A DNA stretch of 64,000 nucleotides from Lingula anatina (taxonomy: Eukaryota; Animalia; Brachiopoda). The number at the start of each line of letters is the position of its first letter. Position 1 is the stretch's first letter. The position numbers and the translations under genes are program-made. Positions 42,001 to 52,949 of this stretch are shown here, piece after piece. A model generated the notes under the pieces. It searched no databases. It saw only the letters and a list, made by a program, of their open reading frames with translations, and was not told the DNA's origin. The DNA lies in NCBI GenBank assembly GCA_051362555.1, contig CM120644.1, forward strand, positions 8,750,954 through 8,814,953, in the 5' to 3' direction.

Positions 42001-45000
42001 GTGGCACAATATGTGGAGGCGGTATCAACTCTCGGATACTCTGCTTTTTTTCCCCCCCTTAACAGTGATTGGGAAGGTTCAAACCACCCATGGGACAATG
42101 GCCCCTCCTGGGTAACCCTTTATGGGCCATTTTGCATATCAATGGGCCATCGCTTGACATTTATGGGCCATTTTTAAACATGACAAATATATTTGAAATA
42201 TCTGTATCAATATTTTTGGGAATAATATGATAAGGTTTTGCAGTTAAACTTTGTTAATATATTTATTTAGTTAAGACTTTTATTTGTCTTTTTCAATAAA
42301 ACCATTACAATGCCTTCTTTACTGAACTTATTTGAAGACTAAATGAAAAAACAAAATGATCAGAAAACATGTAATACTCAAATTGTAATTGGTTTTTATT
42401 TGATGAAACCATCAACAAGAGGTAAACAATCTAGATCTCTGAAAACCTTGATTACTCAAAACTGAGAAAATGTAAATGAAATTGTCTTCATATACTGTCT
42501 AGTACTTTTTAATCAGTCTTACTGAAAAGAGATTTCATTACTTAATGAAGTAATCTCTTTTTCCTGTGCCACACATTCAGTGCATCCTCATAACTTATCT
42601 TACTCCCAAGAATCTTAACTCTTACACTGTTCGCAGTTGTACTGGAGCCAGGGCCATAGTTGAAGCCATCGGCCCGGGTTGGAAACCTCGTGCGACCTGA
42701 GAGTGAGAGGTGCTAGTACTAGCAGTAACACTACTGTCAGTGTCACTACTACTCGTCGTAGTGCAAGGAGCGCTGCTCTCAGAAGTTGGTACATTTTCTT
42801 CCCCCGTCTCCTTTGAGACTTCTTCCTGAACGTTGGACGGACCCTTAGACGAAGCGGTTGAAGTAAATAAACTAACTAATGTAGGCTGGTCTGGCGAGAT
42901 TTTAAAAATCTTTTTTGGCGGCATTTTTCTTTTCACTTCATTAAAGTGCTGCTTGAAAAAATCCCATGTGCTTTCAGAACGAAAAGCAAGGTTACTTCTA
43001 ATTGGATAAACATGACCTATAAACTGATTGGCCAATAAGATATCAGCTTTTATTTCATTAACATATCTATTGGGACGATGTGCTCATTGCTCTCGGCAAA
43101 CTTCGGGGATTGCGTTCGATAGCTTCCGAATTCGTTCCTGAGACGTCTTCAGGTATGAGAGGAAAATTACGCTAATCATTTGACGAATAGTTTATTGACG
43201 AGTAGACTCTTTTTAAAAACGCGAGGTATAACAAAATCACGCGCCCTAATGGCGCACAAACAGGGCTTTCTATGCGCCCAGTTACGATTCTATGCGCGTA
43301 TGGCGCAATGGCGCGTTCCTTCCCAATCACTGCCCTTAGGTATGACTTCTATAATATCATCAACAAAGAAATATTGCCTTGTCTGCAATGAACATTTTCA
43401 TCTTCAGGTATCGACTTTGAAGTGGACAGTGCAGCTCTCCAGAGTATAGTGACCAACCAGGGCTTGAGCCGGGAGGATGTCTTCAGGGGTCAGCCAGGGG
43501 TGTGTTCATCAATCCAGAGACAGACCCTGGCAGGACCGGCCTCCTTCAAGACCCCTGTCAGTGCAGCTCCTAGGACGCTGAATCTTATGTCGGTGAGTGT
43601 CATCATTGAAATGTATATAATATATATATGCTATAAAAACAAGCACGGTATTGAGTGAACTGCAGAGAGTATGGCATAGTGAGAGGAGATGTTACTTGAG
43701 GCGAAGTTTGGGGAATCAGGTTGTGTTTCCTCTCTTTTCTAAGAAAAAAGAACAGTCAGTTAAGTCTGCAACAGTATGGAAACCCACAATAATTACATTT
43801 TTGTACACAGAAATCCCAAGAATTTATTGACATCTTTTGATTGAATTTAAACAGTTTTTCAGTTTTGGTACAACAAGTACCTTTGTTTAAATGTTTTTCC
43901 CCCCTCTTTCAACTTCAGGCTCGCCCTTCCATTTACTACCAGAAAAGTCCATTTGAGAGCAAAGCAAGGATGTTCAGAGCCCACAGCGAGTTTCAAAAGC
44001 GTACCCTGTCTAAGGTGTCTGCCAGCACCCCAGCAGCAACACCTTGTGTCAACAGAGAGACACCAGTGAAAGAGAGCAATGGACAATCTCCACTAGGAAC
44101 AGGAATCAGAGTTGTGCGAAGGCCAGATAGTATATATGTCAGGACAGTGAGCACCAGGAAAGGCCCCTGTGGTGACCTTGACCTTGGTCCCACTGGAACC
44201 GCTCCCACACCGAGCGCTGCACTGGGCCCACCAAAACGAGTTCCTGTGCCCCAGTCTCCATCAGCATGCAGAGTTCCAAGGGGGACGACACCCAAGAGCA
44301 AGGTCAAGGGTGGGTCAAGGTCAGATGTCACCTGGGCTGATCTTCTCAGTCCTGCTAGTGCTGAAAATCAACAAAACCAAGAGGAAAGTTGTCAGAAGGT
44401 AGTGAAACCTATGAAATGGCAAAAGTTTTTAACCAGAAAACTGGATTACTTTCAATCATATTCAGTAGAAACTAAATAAGGATGAATAAAAGTAAGTTTT
44501 TAATTTGCTTTGAATTGTCCTGACTCTTAAGTCAACAAGGTGGTGACAAGTCAATTTCCCCATTATTTTGAATGTAATGATTTATTATTTCATGCCACAC
44601 AACAAGTTTTTAAATGAAGAAAATTCATTTGGTTCCTTTAATAAAAAAAAAAAGACCATCAAAACTGTTTCAGTGAAAAATATTAATTTGATATTGTTTA
44701 TTTCAGAAGGATTGCCTTGCCATGACCTTGTTTAGAGATGATGATACCAACTACCAGACACCCCATTGTGTCCCCCTTGGAGTCCTAGAGGAATCCCCAA
44801 CATGTACTTCTGAAGGTGGCTCCCCCTTGGGTGTAGAAGATACGGAAGGCCATAGACAGAGATTAGAGGTAAAGTAAATTTTTGAAGCAAGTATAGGTCC
44901 TTGATGAATTATAAGTCCAGATCTGTTTGATTTTTACTGGAGCTTAATAAAAACTTGGGCTTACTTTCTTGGCCGTTCTTATAATGATTTTGACAGAACA

Positions 45001-48000
45001 AACTAACAAAAAATAAGAAAACTTCAATTTTGCAGGAGATCAGAGAGATGGAACGCCTCCTGGAGCTGGAGATAGCAGCCATGGAGACCACTGCTACTGA
45101 GCCAGTGAAAATCCCCAAGAACCCTCTAGTAGCAAATAACTCATCAGTACTACAGGAGAGACCTCTGGTGACAGAATCAGTGGCAAAGGCTAAGAGCCCT
45201 TCAGTGTCAGAATCAGTTGAACTTCAAAATAGTCCTTCGGTGATAAGAAACGTTATTTCGCAGGAATGTCCTGTATTTGAAAGTAGTGAAATGGGGAAAT
45301 TCAAACCTGTACAGACGGAAACAAAAACCCCTTTTAAGCAGCAACACCAACAACAAAATATGGCACTACTTGATACAGGGCACAAATACGCTGTAACATT
45401 AAGTGCTGATATTCAGCAGAGTGATGTTTTTGTGAGACCACAGCTTTCCAGTTTAGCAGAAAGGTGGCAGCAGCAGGGTGCTGTGTCTAATAATCACTCC
45501 GGTCAGCCAGAAGCCGTTGGAAGTACACAACAGCCAGGACAGGCATCAGTATACCAACCTCAGTTTTTGTACTCAGATCAACCAGCCAAGCAACCCTGTG
45601 ATTCCAAAATGGCCATGGGCATCCCCTGTGAAGAAACGGTGTCAAATACCCAGGGAAGTGGCATGTATGGGTCACATGGTGGTCACTTGGCTCTGGATGA
45701 CCTAAATCAGAGCATCAGAGACTCTGAAGAGCAGTTTGAGGAATTGGAGACCTGTGCCCGGATGTTGCAGCAGTCAGCTAGGCAGAGTGGAACTGGAGGT
45801 GGGAGCAAGAGTGCCAAGTACATATGGAAGCAGTTAGAGATGGTGAAGAAACAACAGGAAGAGTTGCTCAAGTTCCAACAGCAGTTACAGCACATGCTAG
45901 CAGTGCAACAGCATCAGCAGTCACAACAGCTACAGTTGTCAACAGCCAGTCAACAATTGCCAATACCAGGTCAACACCCCACAACACAGCAACAGCAACA
46001 ATATTTTGAACAATTACCAAGACTTAATCAGCAAATTTCAGGGCAGCCACAACAAGGGGTTATAACTTTACAATATCAACAAAGACAATTTCCCCAACAT
46101 GGTTCACAGCAGCAGATGCAACATCAGTCTCTTCTGCAACAAAGTCAACATCAGCAACAACAGTCAACAGTGCATCAACATCAGCAGCCATCATCCACAA
46201 ATCTTCAGTCAGTACATCATAACTTTATGTATAGCCAAGAACAGCAAAAGGTGGGTCGGACTCATACCCAACAGTATCCGTTCCAGCCATCAGTAGATGA
46301 AAGTCAGTGCTTCATTCAACATAATGAAAAGCAAATTGCTTCTCAGGTGTTAGCCACTGGTGGGGATGCAGCAAAGACTGCCCATGTGGAGTTGAATCCT
46401 GGTGAATTGACTGTTGGGCAAAGACCGCTTATACAGACAGCAAACAGTGCTTTCACTGGACTAGATTTGATGAATAATGTAGTCCCAGACGGGGCATCAG
46501 AATTGACTGTCTCATGCAAAAGTTGCTCCACAGTACCTTGCACTACACAGTCAACAGTACCCTCACAGACAGATAGAACCATGGTGGAAAGTCTGCAGAA
46601 TGTTGCTACATCTTTCAAACAGATGACACAACAATTTAGTGATCAAACTCACATTTCTATGACAAAGTCTCCTTCGGCGGCTTTATCAGATGTGCCACAC
46701 CAGGTTTTACATACAGGGACATTGCATAGCAGGCAGTTTGAGACTGACACTATGGTGGAGCCTACTCTGAAACCAACACTGGGTTCAAAACCACAACAAT
46801 CTGTTTCCTCTGATCAGCAGAAAGGACAAACTAGTTCCCAGCCTAGAGAACTGGCAAGACTGCAGCCATTTCTGTCTTCCATGCCAGGAACCATTCAGAC
46901 ACCAAGACCAGAGATAGCAGGAGAGACCAATATCATGTCCAGGTTCAACCGGTTATCCATGTCAGTTCCCAGACCAGTCACCTTGACCTCAGCTTCCTCG
47001 GGAGTTGATCTTCGACCTCCCATTATGACCCCACTGGCCATGAGAGGGGGGATGGGGGCCAGTTCAGGTGCAAAGGTTGTCACACCAGAGGTGGTGTCGG
47101 CGTCACCTGGAGAGTCGCCTGTGTTATACCCAGATCTGGACCAGTCACCTGTGTTGCTGAGACGCGATGGTGGTGGTGTAATGGTGAGCGAACAGCATGC
47201 TACAGCGTTTAGTAGGAACAGTGCGGTGAAGGTTTGGAATATGGGTGATACTAATACACAGGAAAATGGAATTCGGCTTAGTGGTAATGGCATTTCTGAT
47301 GAGACGTCAATACAATTTTCCTCTGGCCAATCCATGGTGCCCTTGCAAGGCAGAGGGGACAGTCCACAAGCCAGGGATTCTGATGTGCAAGTTGTTGTCT
47401 CTGAAGACTTGGATTCTACAGAGACATCACTCACCACAAGCAAAAGAAGTTTTCACAGCTCAACAGAATGTGGACAAGATCGACAGAAGACATCTCCCTC
47501 CTTGCCTGTACCACGGACTGTAGGTTTCGGCACTGGTAGGTCTAGGCTTGCTGGTGTCCTGGTGACTGGCGCAACACAGCGTTTTCAGGAGGCACTACTG
47601 GATGAAGAGTGCGCCCTTTACGCATGTCGTCTCCAGACCAAGTTTTCTCCCCAACCACAACAGCCTCGATCTTGCCATGACCCTGTGGCGTTGGTTTTGG
47701 CAGAAGGAGATGATATGGTATGTGTGTCAGAGGAGTTGGTATTTTATTAACTTAGTTACAAAATTGAGCTGTAATTTTAACTTTTGATGGATATTTTCAG
47801 CTTTTGATTGTTTTATAGTCCAGAATTATGGATGGTTTGTTAAGATTTTGTTATGGTACTGGTACTTATGATTTTGATAAATTGCAAAATACCGAATGTG
47901 TTTTTGTTAGCCTGAAGTATAAAATAGAATTTATTTCTGCTTTTAAAGTTTAAATATGACTTAAAGCTAAGAGATTTATTATTTTCTTTTCAGCACTTCA

Positions 48001-48071
48001 TTCCTGTTCGAGAAGACTCCTACCACCCAAGGCCATCAGATGAGGGATCAGCATTTTCTTGCCTTGCCTAA
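39086..48071 (+). CDS. TROAP: Tastin/trophinin-associated-protein-like mitotic protein, 10 exons, about 1391 aa
   Basis: Exons: 39086-39126, 39417-39449, 39989-40136, 40460-40698, 41711-41838, 43408-43592, 43919-44398, 44707-44868, 45036-47717, 47994-48071, with consistent phases (the 44398 donor is weak). Motifs recalled from tastin: SKIPV; DFEVDSAALQSIVTNQG (cf. EFVADPAALATILSGEG); C-terminal RFQEALLDEECALY...CHDPVALVL..GDDMHFIPV (cf. LDDECAFY...CTNPVATLLEWQDALCFIPV). KEN box near the N-terminus. Confidence 0.8.
40724..40884. mobile_element. 161-bp MITE with 5-bp TSD
   Basis: Perfect 14-bp TIR ctggggtagcgcta / tagcgctaccccag, flanked by tttcc on both sides. Confidence 0.8.
42063..43332 (-). 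mobile_element. Internally deleted hAT transposon with a frameshifted TTF-type zinc-finger transposase N-terminus
   Basis: Perfect 15-bp TIR cagtgattgggaagg / ccttcccaatcactg, subterminal atgggcc/atggcgc repeats and a degenerate TSD (ccctta). Coding remnant MPPKK...RGFQP, then after a frameshift RWLQLWPWLQYN, ending at a gtaaga donor near 42619. Confidence 0.78.
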
Positions 48072-48336
48072 AATGAAAACAAAATTTTTGGATGTTTTCT
48101 ACCATATAAGTATGTCCTTTGTTCTTGAGTGTGATGTAATGGAATATTAGCAATTGATGCTTCTTTTCAAAGCATCTTCTTACAGTCTTGTTGCATATGG
48201 CTGAATTCAATGGCACCATGGTAATAGGTTTTTACAGTAAAAATTTAATGTTTACTTTGGCACAGATCATGATGTTCATAGAATTTTTTTTCAAGAATGA
48301 TGGCATGTAGATGTATGTTACTGGACCAACTCAAGC

Positions 48337-51300
48337 ATAAGATAAGATAAGATAAGAGTTTATTTAGCCAATTATAAAAATCGGAAATCATTTTCCATTG
48401 GAGCAATATACAGAGTAAAATAATAAAATAATAAATAAATAAATAAATTAAGAATTTAGCTTTGAGATCAAATTAAAATGCGTCACTGCACTTGGATAAA
48501 AGCTGTTTAAAAAGCGTTTACTGCCTTTAAAAGTTAAAAGTCTACTGTTGCTTGGTAAAAAAGTAAAAAGAGAGGATGCAGGATGGAAAGCGTCTTTCAT
48601 GGTGTTGACAATTCTTTTCTCCATCCTGTCCTTAAAAATATCATCCAGCTTGGGGAGATCTTGTCCGATAATCCTGCTTGCAGTTTTTACAACGTTTGCT
48701 AATTTCTTCCTTTCCTCCCCAGCTGTTCCGCTATACCATATTATAATTCCGTACGCTAGAATGCTTTCAATTACACACCTATAAAAATTGACTAAAATAG
48801 GCACACTATCAGTAAAAGTTCTCAATGATCTTAAAAAATACAGTCTTTGCCGTGCCTTCTTTACACTCTTTACGGTGTTATCTTTCCAATTCAATTTACT
48901 GTTAAGGTGTATACCAAGTAGTTTAAATTCCTCTACCCTACTAACTTCATCATTACCAATGGTGAGTGGTACCTTTACATTCTGATTCCTTCTAAAATCC
49001 ACTATCATTTCTTTGGTTTTAGCTACGTTCAAGATAAGATCATTACTCTCGCACCAGCTTAACAACGACTCAACAGATTCTCTATATGTACTCTCGTCAT
49101 TATCAGTGACTAGCCCCACCAGCGTAGTATCGTCCGCAAATTTCATGAGAAAAGTCCCATCGCTTACACTAGTGCAATCGTAAGTAAAAAGGGAGTAAAG
49201 ACAAGGTGAAAGGACGCATCCCTGTGGTGCACCGGTATTTAAGACTGTTATTTTTGAGGTAAATGAGCCGACTTTAACAGATTGTCTTCTATCTAAAAGA
49301 AAGTCTAAAATCCAGTCACAAATAAAAACAGGTAGCTTAAGATGGTTTAAAAGTTTCAAATATAGTTTTTTTGGCACAATTGTGTTAAAAGCTGAACTGT
49401 AGTCAATAAATAAAATCCTTGCATAAGAGTTTTTGTTATCTAAGTGTTGTAGTACAGTGTGTAGGCACAGATTAACTGCATCTTCAACATTTCTGTTAGA
49501 TCGATAAGCGAATTGCAGTGGGTCCAAGGTTTTTGGCACAATTTCTTTAATAAAATTTAAAACTAATTTTTCTAAAATTTTCATGGGCACCGGAGTCAGA
49601 GCCACGGGTCTGAGATCGTTTAAGCTGGTAACTCGGTTGGATTTTGGTACCGGGATGATAGACGCCGTCTTCCAGAGCAATGGTACTTTGCGGATTTGTA
49701 GAGACCAGTTGTAGATGATAGTAAAGACGTACGCAAGTTGGTCAGCACAGAGTTTGAGAACACGAGGTGAAATTCCATCTGGCCCAGACGCCTTACGAAC
49801 ATTGAGGCGCATAAATTGCCGTTTTACTTGCCAGGGGTGAACGGTGAGCGGAACTGCTTCAGTATTGTCAGCTTGGGAAGTCGGAGGTAAAACCGTTGTA
49901 GAAGAACTATTGTCTTTATCAAAGCGTGCATAAAAGTCATTCAGTTTGTCCGGTAGTGACGCGTCTCCTTTGTCAGCAGAGTGTTTTGAGCCCTTGTAGT
50001 TAGTAATTAAGGAGATATTTGACCACAGTTCCCTAGAGTTCTTAGTGTTAAAGCTTTCCTCTATTTTGCTTTTCATGCATTTCTTAGCTTCTTTGATCGC
50101 CTTCTTCAGTTGGAGTTTAGCTCTGCGATAGGTCTCTGGGTCATTCTGTTTTTCGCAGAATGCCTGGTCTTTCTTCTTTATTAGTTGGCGTACGTTCTTA
50201 TTCATCCATCTCTTGTCATTAGGATATCGGGTCACTGTCTTAGTTGGTATACAAATCTCCTCGCAGAAACGTATGTACTCCGTCACAGTCAAGGTGTAAT
50301 CCTCTATGTTGTTGTCACATTTCAACACAGACCAATCCGTACACTCAAAACAGCCCTGCAATTTATCTATAGCTGATTGTGAGTAGATGCTAACGTTATG
50401 AGATTCGGGTCTCCCTCTTTTCAATTCTTGTTTATATGCTGGAATCAAGAGAATTGTGCAGTGGTCTGAATTCCCCAGAGGCGATCTCCTCATCGCTTTA
50501 TACGCTCCTTTGACTGGGCAGTAGCAGTTATCGAGAGTATTTTTGCCTCTGGTCGGAAAAGTGACATACGATCGGTAATTTGGCAGAACGGTTTTCAAAT
50601 TGGTCTTGTTGAAGTCGCCGAGAACAATGGATAAGCAATTAGGGTGCGAGCTTTCGTAGGAGTTAATGACCGATGACAAAGTGGCCATTGCTTTCTTCGC
50701 GTCCGCCCTGGGGTGAGTGTATACTCCGGTCAGCATAACACAAGAGAATTCCCTTGGCAAATAAAATGGTCTGCATTTGATGGTTAGGTACTCTATGTCC
50801 GGGGAACATCGGTTAAAAACTACACTGGCATCGGTGCACCATCGATCATTTACAAGAAAACATACTCCTCCTCCTTGATTTTTCCCTGTTATGTCTCTAT
50901 CACGATCTGCTCGAAACATAGTAAAACCTGCTGGTTCTAAGCTAGCGTTGGTGTGATCATCATTCAGCCAAGTTTCCGTAAAACAAAACACATTACAGTC
51001 AGTATAGTCTCTAAAGTTAGCAATGCGATACTTCAGTTCTTCAACCTTGTTGAATAAACGCTGCACATTAGCCAAGATGATACTAGGTACTGCTAATCGC
51101 TGGTTTCTTTTCCTGGATCTCACCAGATGACCTCCTCTTTTACCCCTCTTCCTTCTTGTCTTAGGGTCATGACTGCTGTCATTCTGAGTGGAAACAATGC
51201 GCTGTATGGAAGGCTCTGTGTTTAGTCCCGTTACAGTGGATTTTGAGGCACGATTGGCATTCCGTATAGCTAGGAGTTCCTCTCTTGAGTAAAACACAGG

Positions 51301-51398
51301 TGCAGTGGACAAACACAGTGTTAAAAACAGATAAAATACTAAAATAATGCTTGCTCTCAAAGGAGTGTCGCCATAGGTCGGCGCCATCTTGCATCTTG
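48337..51398 (-). mobile_element. Apparently full-length Rex1/Babar-clade LINE
   Basis: Single ORF beginning CAAGATGGCGCC, a short AT-rich 3' UTR, and a 3' microsatellite tail (CTTAT)4 at 48337-48356. Possible 4-bp gcat duplication at the two ends (weak). Confidence 0.85.
48448..51387 (-). CDS. Non-LTR retrotransposon polyprotein (APE endonuclease, reverse transcriptase, C-terminal DUF1891-like region), 979 aa, uninterrupted
   Basis: APE motifs LANV, CFTETWL, GDFN and SDH. RT motifs GPDGISP, LRPVALT, DPLQFAYR, FIDYSSAFNTI, GAPQGCVLSP, FADD and LNVAKTKEMIVDFRR. KKARQRLYFLRSL near the C-terminus. Confidence 0.97.
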   Translation of the reverse strand: MAPTYGDTPLRASIILVFYLFLTLCLSTAPVFYSREELLAIRNANRASKSTVTGLNTEPSIQRIVSTQNDSSHDPKTRRKRGKRGGHLVRSRKRNQRLAVPSIILANVQRLFNKVEELKYRIANFRDYTDCNVFCFTETWLNDDHTNASLEPAGFTMFRADRDRDITGKNQGGGVCFLVNDRWCTDASVVFNRCSPDIEYLTIKCRPFYLPREFSCVMLTGVYTHPRADAKKAMATLSSVINSYESSHPNCLSIVLGDFNKTNLKTVLPNYRSYVTFPTRGKNTLDNCYCPVKGAYKAMRRSPLGNSDHCTILLIPAYKQELKRGRPESHNVSIYSQSAIDKLQGCFECTDWSVLKCDNNIEDYTLTVTEYIRFCEEICIPTKTVTRYPNDKRWMNKNVRQLIKKKDQAFCEKQNDPETYRRAKLQLKKAIKEAKKCMKSKIEESFNTKNSRELWSNISLITNYKGSKHSADKGDASLPDKLNDFYARFDKDNSSSTTVLPPTSQADNTEAVPLTVHPWQVKRQFMRLNVRKASGPDGISPRVLKLCADQLAYVFTIIYNWSLQIRKVPLLWKTASIIPVPKSNRVTSLNDLRPVALTPVPMKILEKLVLNFIKEIVPKTLDPLQFAYRSNRNVEDAVNLCLHTVLQHLDNKNSYARILFIDYSSAFNTIVPKKLYLKLLNHLKLPVFICDWILDFLLDRRQSVKVGSFTSKITVLNTGAPQGCVLSPCLYSLFTYDCTSVSDGTFLMKFADDTTLVGLVTDNDESTYRESVESLLSWCESNDLILNVAKTKEMIVDFRRNQNVKVPLTIGNDEVSRVEEFKLLGIHLNSKLNWKDNTVKSVKKARQRLYFLRSLRTFTDSVPILVNFYRCVIESILAYGIIIWYSGTAGEERKKLANVVKTASRIIGQDLPKLDDIFKDRMEKRIVNTMKDAFHPASSLFTFLPSNSRLLTFKGSKRFLNSFYPSAVTHFNLISKLNS

Positions 51399-51495
51399 CA
51401 TGTTAATATAGTTTGTTGTTTTGTAAGCCAATAAACTCAGGTTTTGTAAATCACCTGAAAACGGTAATATGTTTTGATTTGTCAGAGCAGTGCTG

Positions 51496-51533
<38 letters not shown>

Positions 51534-52949
51534 CTGGTCATATATTGAAGTTGTGCATCAACTCAGATATTTAATAGTGACCTTATACCAGATTCTTCTG
51601 ATGTGAAACTGTTTTTTTTTTTTTTTTTAAACACAGTTTGTTCCTTTGTCAAATTATTTTTATTAGGCTATTTTGTCGTTGCATTAGTATATATATATAT
51701 ATATTACCGATTTGAAGGCTGTCAACAATTGTGAACTGTGCATGTCAATATGAAACAAAGTGTTCAATCTGTATTGACAACAACATGAAAAAAAGACTGA
51801 ATGAAGTGTAGGCTATATGTTTCTGGCTTGACATTTAGCAAAGTAAATTACTTGGTAAGATGTTCCAGGAGGAATTTAGCATGTGAACAGTGTAATTGTG
51901 AACAATGTGTTTACTAGTAAATGACTGTTGTTTGTTGAAGTAGTTTATTTGGTATAATGGTAAATAAGGACAAACTTTTTTCTTTTTTAATATGAAAAGT
52001 TCTGGAACTTATGTTTTAGTTTGTAATTGAATTGTGATATCTCCGTAGTATAAGGCCTATATATTAATTCGATTATTAATGCATCAAAGAAAACAGTTCT
52101 ACCACGTTTAGTTTATAAGAGACTATAATATTATTTTTCATCACAGAAAACAGACCTTATTTAAATAGATGCTGATGAAGTTACGGATATTAATATATAA
52201 TTTTTTTTAGGGGGTGGTATTAACGTGTTTTGTTTACATTTGAATATTAATTTTGTTGTGAGAAGTCAAATGTAGGAGGTAGATTAACATAAATGTATCT
52301 TCAATTTATTTATATTTCCCAAAACGCAATTTGTGAGAGATATTTCATTGAAATGTTAAAAAGAAATGGACTTTTTTTCTTACAAGGGTAAGGACTTTAA
52401 CCAGAAAACAGTAAAGAATTATTGACAATTGCAATATTAGCAGAATTGAAGATGAACTGAATTTTGTGAAGAATCGAAGTTTTATCTGAAAAAATAGCAG
52501 TGTATTTGTGTCTTTTTGTAAGTTTATTTACAAAGAAATTATACATCTTACAAAGTATATTCATTTAGCCACATAGCTTTTGAGTTCATATTCTGTTTGC
52601 TCAGTGAAAATATATATATGTATAATTTTATACAGTTGAGGACATTATTACAGCAACTATGAAGCTGTTCTATTTCTAAAGGAAAAATGAAATACACCTT
52701 TTCAAAAACTTTTCACGCTTTGTCGATCATAAACCAGGGAGTTCCCATGATAGAATCCTGTTCATTTGTTATCTTGGCACCCTTAGTCACGCCAACCCTA
52801 ACTTATAGGAATTTATTGGGGTGAGCTATAGGCCCTTGAAATGTTCTGAGAAATAAAAAACTCCGGAGAAGAATAGTGAACAGCGACAGCAGTGCCCATC
52901 TCTCTTCGCATGTCTTTTTTTCACACGATGAATATTTATTCATCCCTTA

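Noticed and set aside
44399-44479. ORF continuation to a stop after TROAP-like exon 7
   Set aside because: The downstream exons with conserved motifs need splicing at 44398. It is treated as intronic, although an alternative short isoform cannot be excluded.
46895-47443. 182-aa minus-strand ORF and other antisense ORFs over the large exon, the LINE and the GH76 gene
   Set aside because: They are shadow ORFs opposite real coding sequence.
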